Below, one piece after another: positions 17,104-26,813 of a stretch of DNA of 64,000 bases. The notes below the pieces were generated by a model. That model worked only from the letters and a program-made list of their open reading frames with translations. It had not been told where the DNA came from and made no database searches. A program made the translations under genes and the position numbers. The first letter of the stretch is position 1, and every line of letters starts with the position of its first letter. Origin of the DNA: an uncultured Bdellovibrionales bacterium (lineage in GTDB: Bacteria > Patescibacteriota > Minisyncoccia > Moranbacterales > UBA1568); NCBI GenBank assembly GCA_964436855.1, contig CAYTED010000004.1, positions 67,627 to 131,626 on the forward strand, in the 5' to 3' direction.

Positions 17104-19593
17104 CTACGCTTCCCTGGCAATCCCCGTCCGCTCCATAATTTCACGATTGACGATATCGGCATCGCGACCAAAACGGAGTCGCGAGAGTTCCTTTAGGGCA
17201 TTCGCGATTTCCTGATTGCCGTTTGTCGGCGCGTAGGTTTTCATATTGAACGGCTTTGTGAGCTCGTTATTCATCAGAAGTCGCGCAAAACAGTTTCGAT
17301 TATCCACATTCACCAAATCCTTCGCCGTAAAGACCGGCCCGAATTGCTTCTCCAAAAACTCGCCGTCTTCGGGACCAACACGAAATGCAATCATTGAACC
17401 GACGTTCCCGAACACCGCTTTCGAAATCTCTTCTTTGAGTTGGGCGATAAATTGATGCGCGATCACAAGCACCAAACGATACTTCCGCGCTTCGGAGAGA
17501 ATCTGCGCGATCGAATTCGTCGTCACATTTTGAAACTCATCCATATAGAGATAGAAATCCTTCCGATCCGCCTCGGGCGTATCGACACGGGAAAGCGCCG
17601 CCATAAGAATCTTCCCGACAATCACCATTCCGAGAAGTCGCGCATTAATCTCACCGATTTTTCCTTTCGAAAGATTCACGAGAATGATTTTCCCGTTATC
17701 CATCGCTTCACGGAAATTAATCGTGCTTTCCTGTTGCGCGATAATCGGCCGCATCAAGTCATTTGAAATAAAAGAAGTGAGTTTCGAGGTAATATACGGC
17801 ACCATATTGGCAAGCGCCGCCTCGCCCCCCGCCTTCTCCGCTTCTTTCGTCCAAAAATCATACACGACCGGATTTTTGCATTTTGACAATTTATACCGAC
17901 GAAAATCTTCGTCCGCGAGCACTTTCGAGATTTCCATCAGGGTCGATCCGCTCTCCGGATCCTCCATAATAAGAAGCATCGCATTCCGCATATACTGCTC
18001 AAACATCGGGCCGCCGGTCGCCTTCAAATCATACAACTGATCAAAAATGCCGATCATTTCGTTAATAACGAATGTTTTTTGTTCCGGATGCGCCGCATCG
18101 AATTCCATCATATTCATTCCGATTGGCCGTTCAATATCCGACGGATCAAAGAGAACCACATCTTCGGCACGCTCTTTCGGAATCGCCGTCAAAATATCTT
18201 CAATCGCATCGCCATGCGGATCGATAAAACAAAATCCTTTGCCATTCCGCGCATCCTGCTTCGCCATTTCCTGCAAAAAAACGGACTTTCCGACACCGGT
18301 CTGACCGATCACATACATATGACGTCTTCGATCCGTATCGGTAATGCGAACAGCCGTCTCCGTACCGCGATAATCATTGTATCCGAGTTTGATTCCTTCT
18401 GTCGGAATATTGACCGGCGGCGGCGCGGCACCGGCCTTCAACCATTTGATTTTCGGCGTCTCCACCATCGATGTTGGCACATGAAACACGCTCGCCACTT
18501 CTTCAGTCGAGAGAATCATCGCATGTTCCTCATCGAAATTCCGGAAAATATAATCAAACGCCGATTGTTTCCGTTTCGCGCGCTTGCGAACCCGAAACGA
18601 ATTCACTTCCGGATTTTCAAATTGCGCGAATGCATTTTCGATATGTGCGAGAATCTCGTCGGCGCGCTCGATTGTTCCCGCCGATGTAACCAAACGAATA
18701 TTGACCTTAAACGCCTGTTTCGAAACCTTCGCATCAATCTGTTTCACAAGCTCCTGTTCTTCCGGTGTAAGCGATACCGGCGTTTCGTCTTTCTTGGCGG
18801 ATCCGATTTCTTTCCCCGGAATCATGATTTCGGCAAGCCCCTGACCAACACCCTTCCCAACCGATTGAAGTACCGAACTCCCTTGAGCGTCTTTGAGACG
18901 TTTTCCTCCCTGCATTTTTTGAGCGATATCGCGACCTTTTGAACGCCATCCGCTCCCCGCGGGCGCAAGAACAATCTGAATCGCCGCGCCTTCGTCGGTT
19001 GAATTCAATTTTGAAAGCGCATTCGTCACTTCCGACAGCGGATCGACATTGAGCGTTCGGTAAGTCTTAATGGGAAGCGCATACGATTTTGACAGCTCGA
19101 GAACCGAAAAGGCGGTCGCGCTTCCCGGCGTAAAAATCGTATAGTCCGTTACCTTTTCAACAACCGCGTCGGGGAAAAATCCGTGCAATTGCTTCTCGAT
19201 CGACTCGCGAAATTTCTTAGGAACGGCAAGATAGAAAAAAATTTCCTCTTTGCCGGACGGATTTGCGATCTCGAAAATAATATTCGGCGTCTCATAAAAC
19301 CACGACCGCCACCCGAGCTTTCGTTTCATCGTGGCAAGCGTTCCGAGAAATTGTTCCATAGCCGCCACTTCTTCTTTCCATTTTTCCGCACCCGGCTGCG
19401 TATTCGTATCATCCCGCTTATCGCTTTTCGCGACACGGATCACCTCAAGATCCATCGCGATCGACCGACTCACCTGAATTCGAAATCGAAAAAAACTCCG
19501 GACTATGAGAAAAATCCCGGAACAAAACGTCAACACTCCGAAGAGGAGCGTTATCGGAACGAGAATAATGTTTGGATCGAATCCTCCTGACAT
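17104..19593 (-). CDS. VirD4/TraD-like type IV secretion coupling ATPase (HerA/FtsK superfamily)
   Basis: N-terminal TM, RRHMYVIGQTGVGKS (Walker A), FIDPHGD, LYMDEFQN (Walker B), LSEARKYRL and AHQFIAQL. Confidence 0.9.
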   Translation of the reverse strand: MSGGFDPNIILVPITLLFGVLTFCSGIFLIVRSFFRFRIQVSRSIAMDLEVIRVAKSDKRDDTNTQPGAEKWKEEVAAMEQFLGTLATMKRKLGWRSWFYETPNIIFEIANPSGKEEIFFYLAVPKKFRESIEKQLHGFFPDAVVEKVTDYTIFTPGSATAFSVLELSKSYALPIKTYRTLNVDPLSEVTNALSKLNSTDEGAAIQIVLAPAGSGWRSKGRDIAQKMQGGKRLKDAQGSSVLQSVGKGVGQGLAEIMIPGKEIGSAKKDETPVSLTPEEQELVKQIDAKVSKQAFKVNIRLVTSAGTIERADEILAHIENAFAQFENPEVNSFRVRKRAKRKQSAFDYIFRNFDEEHAMILSTEEVASVFHVPTSMVETPKIKWLKAGAAPPPVNIPTEGIKLGYNDYRGTETAVRITDTDRRRHMYVIGQTGVGKSVFLQEMAKQDARNGKGFCFIDPHGDAIEDILTAIPKERAEDVVLFDPSDIERPIGMNMMEFDAAHPEQKTFVINEMIGIFDQLYDLKATGGPMFEQYMRNAMLLIMEDPESGSTLMEISKVLADEDFRRYKLSKCKNPVVYDFWTKEAEKAGGEAALANMVPYITSKLTSFISNDLMRPIIAQQESTINFREAMDNGKIILVNLSKGKIGEINARLLGMVIVGKILMAALSRVDTPEADRKDFYLYMDEFQNVTTNSIAQILSEARKYRLVLVIAHQFIAQLKEEISKAVFGNVGSMIAFRVGPEDGEFLEKQFGPVFTAKDLVNVDNRNCFARLLMNNELTKPFNMKTYAPTNGNQEIANALKELSRLRFGRDADIVNREIMERTGIAREA

Positions 19594-19726
19594 TGTGTTT
19601 TGTTTTCTCTTTAAAACATTTCCCCGAAAAATCCTTTTCGGAAAGTTTTTTCGCTGTCCGGTCCGCCAACTGGCAGATTAACCGGCAAGAAAAAGATTTT
19701 CGCAAAGGATTTTTCGCAAAATAACA

Positions 19727-20164
19727 CTACTCTTCCTGAATCATTCCCTTCGCCTTCAGCGCCTCATAAAATTTCTCCGCGAGCTCATCGTGCATTCGAT
19801 CCAAAACATAAAAATCATTTAATTTCCGTGCGACATTCACGGCATGCGCGATACCTTTTACCGTCGCAATCTGCACGAGCTCATTCACCTGACTTTCCGC
19901 ATCCGTCATCCCGGCAACGCTCTGCGCGTCACTCGCAATCGCCGCCGTATCGTCTGACTGCTGCGACCCGGCGCCACCGACGCGAGAGAGAATGTTCGAG
20001 AAGTGGAGCTCCGCCTTCTCGGATTTCTTTTCCTGTTCGGGAGAAGTTTCGGTCGGCATCGCACCGTCCATATCCTGTTTTTCTTTAGATACTTCAGCCG
20101 ACACTTCACCCGACTGCGCTCCCTCCGGATTCTTCTCATCAAAAAAAATAATCTCTTCAGCCAT
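19727..20164 (-). CDS. Hypothetical acidic protein
   Basis: Disordered N-terminal half and helical C-terminus (KGIAHAVNVARKLNDFYVLDRMHDEL). Lies upstream of the VirD4-like gene. Confidence 0.7.
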   Translation of the reverse strand: MAEEIIFFDEKNPEGAQSGEVSAEVSKEKQDMDGAMPTETSPEQEKKSEKAELHFSNILSRVGGAGSQQSDDTAAIASDAQSVAGMTDAESQVNELVQIATVKGIAHAVNVARKLNDFYVLDRMHDELAEKFYEALKAKGMIQEE

Positions 20165-20221
20165 ACTCGATAAACAGTCAACAATTAACAAGAAAATCTC
20201 TCCTCTTCATTCCACGAGACT

Positions 20222-20536
20222 CTAGATCGCCACATCCTTCTTCATCTCCTCCTTAAAATCCGCTACGATCTTCTCAATCATCGCCTCATAATCCGGAATT
20301 TTCGACTCAAAATACCGCTTCACCTCGTCTTCGCTCGCCCCATTGTCGACCATTTTCTCATATTCCACAACTCCGTCCTCTCCAAGTCGATCAAAGGTAT
20401 CAACCATAATCCTCTTAATGAGTACCTCCCCCATTTTCCCGATAAGCTCAAGCTGCTTTTCTTCCGGAAGCGATGCGAGTCCCATTTCTTCCACAAGATT
20501 TTTAAACATTGCCTGATAATCCGCTGGTGTTGTCAT
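20222..20536 (-). CDS. Small helical protein (DUF5663-like)
   Basis: EMGLASLPEEKQ...YFESKIPDYEAMIEKIVADFK pattern typical of a CPR family. Confidence 0.65.
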   Translation of the reverse strand: MTTPADYQAMFKNLVEEMGLASLPEEKQLELIGKMGEVLIKRIMVDTFDRLGEDGVVEYEKMVDNGASEDEVKRYFESKIPDYEAMIEKIVADFKEEMKKDVAI

Positions 20537-20562
20537 ATGTTTTTATTTATCGAATATATAAA

Positions 20563-23500
20563 TTATCGTGTCGTGGTAAAGAGTCCCGAGATACCAATCC
20601 GTTGACCCTGCTGAACGCTTGGGGCGATATGCTTGAGGTAATCCCCGACCGTCGCATTTCTGTGTCCGTTATAAAATTCAACCAAGCTCGGAATTTTCTT
20701 GTCACTGGAAAAGTCCACAAAATTCTTCAATTGATCGGCATTGAGTCCGGTAATATAACCCGAAATATTGCCAGCCTGAAGCAATTTCACGTCTCGCGCA
20801 ATATTGGAGAGGCTTTGATCTAAAAGTTTTTTCTGAATTTCAGAATTCGTAAGAGATACAATATTCTCATTTTCCGGCGTACGAAGAAGATCCCTTGACC
20901 AATCCTCGACGCGCGGCCGATATTTCACCACGTCAAGATTAGACTGCAATTCCGAGATCTGCGCGGACGCGGTATCAAGCTCTCCGCGAAGCGCTTCCTC
21001 CGCTGAATGATCAATACTCGGAGATGGTTCCGGAATCGCAATAGGGATTGAGTCGGGAGGAACTTCAGTCGATGACGGTACCCCCGAGATCCCGCGTCCA
21101 TGCACGGCTTGCCCCGTCACCCCCGAACCTTGCCCGAGAATTTCTTCGTCGATAACCTTGTCGGTCAAACGCTCACCCGGATGCGCTTTTATCCACTCGG
21201 CGATTTTCGCATTATTCTCGGCAATACTTTTCGTCGTCGCGTCCGAAATCTTTTCCGCACCGGAAACCGCTTTTTCGATATCCGCCGCCGAAAATGCCTT
21301 ATCGAGATTGATTGTTTCTCCCACACGAAGAGCATCAATATCCTTACTCCCAAATCCAAGGTCTTTTAATTTTTCCGGCGAAAATGTTTTCAGCTGATTC
21401 TTAAGCGTATTGATCGCATGCGTCTGTCGTTCCGGATCAAGATTGGCAAACCTCTCGTTCTGAATGGCAAGATGTTTCTCGAGAATTTTCCAGGTATTGT
21501 CTCCTTTTGAAACTTCAAAAGACCCAAAATTCCCGCCAGAAGAAACGGATGGGACGGCTTCTCCTGAAGAAGATGTGGCTCCCGCATCAGCGAAAACATT
21601 CTTCGTATCAGCTGTTGGTGCTTTCATCGACGCACCCGGATCAGCACCACCCCCTCCAGGCGTATTCACTCTTCCGACAGACGGAGTTTTAGCACCAGCA
21701 CCCGTGTCTCCGGGCTGTGGTCCGGCGGGATAAGCTGGAGCGGTATCGCCCGAAAAAAACATCGAATCAAGTTTGTGAATCAATGCGCCACTCGCAAATC
21801 CTAATACACCACCAATGGTCAATGCTGCGATTTTTCGAGCGCGAAATCCAAACTTTCTCCGAGAAAGGTTTGTATCCGCTTCTCGAGTGGTTGCCCGCAA
21901 AAGCTCATCAAGTTTTGCAAGCTGCTCTTTGATATCCCCAGACCCTCTTACTATTTCTCCGGATTCCAGCACATCATTTTCAAGTCCCCTCTCTTGGAAA
22001 GACGTTGCGATTTTTTCAAACGCCGAATCTGCAGTTACAAAAGCCCCGGCCGTTAATGCGGCTCGCCGAACAAGTATCAATCCGGCGACCGCCGCAACAC
22101 CGCCGGTTGCAATGCTCGCTCCCGCAAGTGCAAGACCGATTGCTGCTTTTGTTTTCCAGTTCAGCTTGTTGTATGCCTTCCCGACATCTTCAAATAGTCC
22201 CAATGCCTTGGCAGGAATTCCCTCTCGTTTTGTTCTCGCATCGGTCCATGCCTTGTACAATTCAATCTTTGACTCGGCTCCAAAATATCGAAATTCGATT
22301 GCCATTTTCTCCCGTAACTCCTCTTCGGAATGATGTTCCGATTTCAAACGCTCAAGACGGGCATCGATCAGTTTATTTAATGTTTGCTGGTAATGTCCTT
22401 TATGAAACTGAATATCCTTGTCGGCATCTTTATTCTGGCTCCCGATATGGAGAATGGACTTGATCCGCGCCCACGCACTTGATTTTCGATACTCCGTTTC
22501 CGCGTACGCCTTGCGCGCTTCGGCAAGCTCGGCGGTCAGTCGAGTAATTTCGCCGTCAAGTTCGGAAACACCAGCCATATCCTTCGCACGCGCATCCATC
22601 TCCTCGACGCGTTCTTTGAAATCTTTCTTGTGCTTGTTTTCAAGCTCATCTTCCATTTCCTCTCGAGCCGCTTTCCTTTGATCTTCCGTAGGATTCAGAA
22701 CATAATTTCCGTTATTATCCTTAAAATACACCGCGCCATTCTTCACGAGTTCGGCATCCGAAAGTTTTCGCGAGGCCATAAGCGTCGCCATCTCTTCATC
22801 GGAATATTCTCGCCCCTTCACTTTCTTTTTCTTCTTGTCAAATTCCGCATTTTCTTTTTCAGCGGATTTTCGTAATTGTGCATTTTGTTCATCCGTAAGT
22901 TGTAGACGCAATCGATCATCTCCTTTCTTATCCTGCCTTGCTTCATCGGGAACATATTTCGCCCCACGGCGAATCAAATCCGCTTCTCCAAGTATCCTCT
23001 CTCCTCTTATCCGTGTCTCTTCATCTTCCACTGCATTCACTGGTTCGGGGGTTGCTGGACTCGGAGGAGTCGCGACTGGCGTGGATGGGATGGGTGGGAT
23101 CGGAGTCGGTTGGGAAGAAACTGGTGGCACAGGAGGCATTTGAGACGGTGTTGTTGGCTGCACGGAAGGCGTAGCCGAGGCCTGATTCGGAGCCTGTACG
23201 GCTGCCGGGCTTGAAGAAGGTGTGGCTTCTTTAAGAATCCATGCGCCCTGCATTTTTTTCACAAGTTCCTCAATATTAATAGGTTTTCCGCTTCCTTTTT
23301 TCCCACGAAAAAATACATCTCCTTCACGATAAAGATTCATTTTCGCACCCCCACTACTCACCAGAACAAAAACTTCTCCGTCAGCAACCTGTAAAAGACG
23401 CTCCCTGTGTTCAAGAGTTGCGTCCGGAGGAACCGCAGCAAAGTTCTCCATATCATTCTGCATGGCTACAAGATGTGCGGCAATACTTGTCAATCCAGAT

Positions 23501-23727
23501 GCATCGACATCCGGAATATTTTGTGGCGCGCCAGGATCAGGATTCGGGGGCATGGAGGCAGTAGCTGCAGGATTTTTACCAAGATCCAAATCCGGAAGAT
23601 TCGCCCGGGCAGCATCAGCAGCCGCACTGCTTGCTGCAAGCGCTTGCTGTAAAAGATCGTCCATGCCTCCTCTTTTTCTTGGCATAAGCAATACAAAAAA
23701 TTTATTTTGGTTCCTCATTATCAACAA
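20563..23727 (-). CDS. Large orphan protein (Pro-rich, coiled coil, two hydrophobic segments, LysM-like motif)
   Basis: 1054-aa ORF with hydrophobic AAIGLALAGASIATGGVAAVAGLILV and IAALTIGGVLGFASGALI, and FEVSKGDNTWKIL. The true start may be 23685 or 23664. Confidence 0.75.
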   Translation of the reverse strand: MLIMRNQNKFFVLLMPRKRGGMDDLLQQALAASSAAADAARANLPDLDLGKNPAATASMPPNPDPGAPQNIPDVDASGLTSIAAHLVAMQNDMENFAAVPPDATLEHRERLLQVADGEVFVLVSSGGAKMNLYREGDVFFRGKKGSGKPINIEELVKKMQGAWILKEATPSSSPAAVQAPNQASATPSVQPTTPSQMPPVPPVSSQPTPIPPIPSTPVATPPSPATPEPVNAVEDEETRIRGERILGEADLIRRGAKYVPDEARQDKKGDDRLRLQLTDEQNAQLRKSAEKENAEFDKKKKKVKGREYSDEEMATLMASRKLSDAELVKNGAVYFKDNNGNYVLNPTEDQRKAAREEMEDELENKHKKDFKERVEEMDARAKDMAGVSELDGEITRLTAELAEARKAYAETEYRKSSAWARIKSILHIGSQNKDADKDIQFHKGHYQQTLNKLIDARLERLKSEHHSEEELREKMAIEFRYFGAESKIELYKAWTDARTKREGIPAKALGLFEDVGKAYNKLNWKTKAAIGLALAGASIATGGVAAVAGLILVRRAALTAGAFVTADSAFEKIATSFQERGLENDVLESGEIVRGSGDIKEQLAKLDELLRATTREADTNLSRRKFGFRARKIAALTIGGVLGFASGALIHKLDSMFFSGDTAPAYPAGPQPGDTGAGAKTPSVGRVNTPGGGGADPGASMKAPTADTKNVFADAGATSSSGEAVPSVSSGGNFGSFEVSKGDNTWKILEKHLAIQNERFANLDPERQTHAINTLKNQLKTFSPEKLKDLGFGSKDIDALRVGETINLDKAFSAADIEKAVSGAEKISDATTKSIAENNAKIAEWIKAHPGERLTDKVIDEEILGQGSGVTGQAVHGRGISGVPSSTEVPPDSIPIAIPEPSPSIDHSAEEALRGELDTASAQISELQSNLDVVKYRPRVEDWSRDLLRTPENENIVSLTNSEIQKKLLDQSLSNIARDVKLLQAGNISGYITGLNADQLKNFVDFSSDKKIPSLVEFYNGHRNATVGDYLKHIAPSVQQGQRIGISGLFTTTR

Positions 23728-25360
23728 TGATCCCCTCTCCCTCTATCACCACCCCAGCCTCTTCATCACCAATACCCCCTTCAGTATCAGAAGCTGTATC
23801 ATTTTCTTGCATATATTTTTTGATCATCTCCCTCACCAGCTGGTGAATTTTCGGGAGCACCGTGTGAGCATCAACATACCCTGCCCACATTGAAACTGTC
23901 TTTTCCGCCTGCTCACCAATATGTTGTGAGATATTCTTTGCAGCATAAGGGGTATTGTTGAGCACACTCACAACCTCAAGTCCACTTGATTCGAGAGACT
24001 TACAAAGTGCTTCCCATGCTTTTTCGAGAACGACCATCGTATTCTCTACTACTTGTTTTCGAATTTGCTCCATTGAAACCAGACCGCGAGAACCCTCTGG
24101 TTGACCTTGTTCGATATTTGCTTGTACGGATCCTTCCCCGGCGCTTGCTACCGATGAAGCTACTGGCGTTGCCTCGCCATCACCACGAGCATCTTCATTC
24201 GCTGCCTTCTTAAAAATCTCCCCCAGCTCCGCTTGAAATTCAGCCGTAACAAGTTTTCCTCTCCCAAATTGAGGCGCCCGACTCTTCGATCGATCCTGCT
24301 TGAATCTTTTGCGAACTCCCTCTAAAATCGGTCGGAATTCCCTACGAAGATCACGGTTGCATTGATCAATCATCCTCTGAATTCCGGATTTTTTATAAAA
24401 GTCAAAGAAATATCTCTCAAATTTTTCCTTCTGTATTTTTTGTTCCTCTGCGCTCCCCTGATTTTTTGTTGTAGTAAACGACTCCTGTATCGGTTTTAAA
24501 ATAATCATCATCTTCTTTGCTTGCTCGGAAAGTCTCTCGCGATCGGAGTCTTTCACAGAAGAAAATTCTCCTTTCGATGCTGCGACAATATCCTCAAATT
24601 TCCTCGGGAGAAACATCCGGAGTTTCATTTTCTTCTCTATAAATTCCTCTCTCTTGTCGCGATTCCCTTGAGCTGGCACCCGAAGGGTTACTTCCTCTAC
24701 CCAACCAATATCATACAGTTTCGGCTTTTCTTTCCCTGCTTCTTCCCGAAGACTCTTCGAGAGATCCCCCTTCATATTTTCGAGAGCAAAACTAAGAATT
24801 CGAACAAGGTATGCTCGCTCGATATCTCTTTCGGCTATAAAATATGATTTTCCGGCGAGCCTTTTCTCGTCTTGTGCAAGATTTCGAAACGCTTGTGCGA
24901 GGCTATTTTCTCCTCGAAGAGAAGGGAGATACAATACTTCATCGGTGGTCGAATGGGGAAAAACTTGGATGAGAGGCACGGAAGCATCAGAGAGGCCCCG
25001 TACATCTTGTTTGACTCTGTCGACTGCTTGTTTGAGTTGTGCCCCGAATGCTCGGAGCTTTTCGGATTCATGCTCTTCGAAGTATATATCAAACCTCGGT
25101 CTTGGCTTTTTTGCTTGATCCTTTTTCGCTGGATTTTCCGGTTCCTTTTGTGGAGATTGCAAGGCAGCATTTTCCGTAGATGGAGAATCTTGCAAAGAAA
25201 AATCTGCAGCCGCCGAAAGAAGCTCTTCGGCATTCGGTTCGTGTGCGTCACCACCTTCAACCGTTTTCGGAGATTTCGGAGCTCGCCGCGATCTTGGTTT
25301 TTTTTCTTGTTCTGGATTTGCCGGTGCTGGTATTGGCATCCCCGGTTCTCTTTTTGGCAT
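23702..25360 (-). CDS. Hypothetical charged helical protein
   Basis: Long ORF (about 552 aa from MPKREPG) with no recognisable motif. Confidence 0.7.
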   Translation of the reverse strand: MPKREPGMPIPAPANPEQEKKPRSRRAPKSPKTVEGGDAHEPNAEELLSAAADFSLQDSPSTENAALQSPQKEPENPAKKDQAKKPRPRFDIYFEEHESEKLRAFGAQLKQAVDRVKQDVRGLSDASVPLIQVFPHSTTDEVLYLPSLRGENSLAQAFRNLAQDEKRLAGKSYFIAERDIERAYLVRILSFALENMKGDLSKSLREEAGKEKPKLYDIGWVEEVTLRVPAQGNRDKREEFIEKKMKLRMFLPRKFEDIVAASKGEFSSVKDSDRERLSEQAKKMMIILKPIQESFTTTKNQGSAEEQKIQKEKFERYFFDFYKKSGIQRMIDQCNRDLRREFRPILEGVRKRFKQDRSKSRAPQFGRGKLVTAEFQAELGEIFKKAANEDARGDGEATPVASSVASAGEGSVQANIEQGQPEGSRGLVSMEQIRKQVVENTMVVLEKAWEALCKSLESSGLEVVSVLNNTPYAAKNISQHIGEQAEKTVSMWAGYVDAHTVLPKIHQLVREMIKKYMQENDTASDTEGGIGDEEAGVVIEGEGIIVDNEEPK

Positions 25361-25413
25361 ATGTTTTCTTAATGATATCAAAAAGGAAGCGACTCGCAAA
25401 ACATTTTTTTAGG

Positions 25414-26742
25414 CTACTTCTTCGAATCCCGTTTTTCGGAAAGCCATTGCAACGAAAGTACCTTCATCTTTTCCAAAGAAATTCCTTCTTTGCTCCCAAG
25501 AAGTTCAAATATCTTCCGTGAAAACGTTTCCGCGGTTTTCGAAAGTGACTCTTCCGAGAGCAAAACCTTCGCAAGTTTTAATTCGTCGCCTTGAACTCTA
25601 AGGAGAAAAAACTTCCAGAATTGCTCAAAAGCATCCTGAATAGCCTGGGGAATCTTTTTTTCTTCCTCTTCAATCTTCGGGATAACTTCCGCAGCAGGAA
25701 AAACTTCTTCTTTCTTGCTGGTGAGAGGTTTCGTCGAACCCTCTCCGGATATTACCGATTGAATCCTTTCATAATCAGCAATACTTAATCCATTCCGCTC
25801 TGAAACAAAACCCCCTTCCGGAAAATGACTCGCATCCGCAACAACTGTTCTCTGTCGCATGTTGAGTTGCTTTTTTCCTGAATTCCCATTCATTCTCTCG
25901 TTTCGTTCCGCATCCCTCTTCGCCTTTCGCTCGAGACGTTCGCGGCGCTCTTTTTCTTCTCGCCCACGGAGAGAATCGCGGTGCACATACGTTCGTCCTT
26001 CGTATACCGCTATTTCGGCGAGTTTCTTGTAGGAAACAAATTCTTCCGGAAGATGTTGGAAAAAATCCCTCATCGCTTGAAGATCAGAAGAAGTGTCTTT
26101 TCCTGCGGAAATTTTTCGCTCATACGCTTCGACAAGTTCCCGTAACACCTGTTTTTCCATATGAAAATGGAGTTGCAGTGCCCAATTGTCTTCTTCGGAA
26201 TTCCCCTCTCTTCCAAGGGAAGAAACTTCCACCCGCTCCATATCGAGAAGTAAGCCTCGTCCGTACACCTCAAACTCCCGTTCCGCTTTGGAACGATTCC
26301 GTTCTTTTTTACCGCTTATCTTGGCACTCAAGCCCGATCGCTCAAGAATTTCCCCGACCTTTTCCGCTGGTCGGACCGTAATATTCTTCTTTCCTTTTTC
26401 AAAAAATCCGACTTCCCGTTCGCCGTTTACTCCATCGGAAACATACTTAACCTCGATATCCGGCTCATCTCCGCGCTGAAGGACATTAGGATCAGACGCA
26501 TATGTGTCGCCCGGATAAATGTCAGGTTGTTTTTTTCTTTCTTTTGAACCGTTATTTGAGGCAACGCTCAAAGAAACATTCGAAGAAGATTCGACGCCAT
26601 CTTGCTTCTTTTTTGGTTGTCTCGGAATTTTTATTCCTGGTGGAATGTTCTCCCACTCTCCTGAAGATACTTTCTTTTTGACAGCGCCCGAAAGATCTTT
26701 CACTTCGAATTGTTTGAAAATACCCGCTTCATTCATTGCCAT
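25414..26742 (-). CDS. Hypothetical charged protein
   Basis: 442-aa E/K/R-rich ORF. Minus-strand TGGTATAAT promoter at 26783-26791. Confidence 0.7.
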   Translation of the reverse strand: MAMNEAGIFKQFEVKDLSGAVKKKVSSGEWENIPPGIKIPRQPKKKQDGVESSSNVSLSVASNNGSKERKKQPDIYPGDTYASDPNVLQRGDEPDIEVKYVSDGVNGEREVGFFEKGKKNITVRPAEKVGEILERSGLSAKISGKKERNRSKAEREFEVYGRGLLLDMERVEVSSLGREGNSEEDNWALQLHFHMEKQVLRELVEAYERKISAGKDTSSDLQAMRDFFQHLPEEFVSYKKLAEIAVYEGRTYVHRDSLRGREEKERRERLERKAKRDAERNERMNGNSGKKQLNMRQRTVVADASHFPEGGFVSERNGLSIADYERIQSVISGEGSTKPLTSKKEEVFPAAEVIPKIEEEEKKIPQAIQDAFEQFWKFFLLRVQGDELKLAKVLLSEESLSKTAETFSRKIFELLGSKEGISLEKMKVLSLQWLSEKRDSKK

Positions 26743-26775
26743 ACGAAAAAATCTTTCAATTATTTCTTCTCTTTA

Positions 26776-26791
26776 TGATATAATTATACCA
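26776..26791. promoter_or_regulatory. Overlapping divergent extended -10 promoters
   Basis: TGATATAAT on + (26776-84) and TGGTATAAT on - (26783-91), between divergent genes. Confidence 0.55.
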
Positions 26792-26813
26792 TATAAAAAG
26801 AAAAACAAACGGT

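Noticed and set aside
17104-19593. Conjugative element or ICE
   Set aside because: No relaxase, integrase, VirB4 or att-like boundaries were seen around the ATPase.
19681-19720. Short duplication GATTTTCGCAAA / GATTTTTCGCAAA
   Set aside because: Only two imperfect low-complexity copies, with no supportable function.
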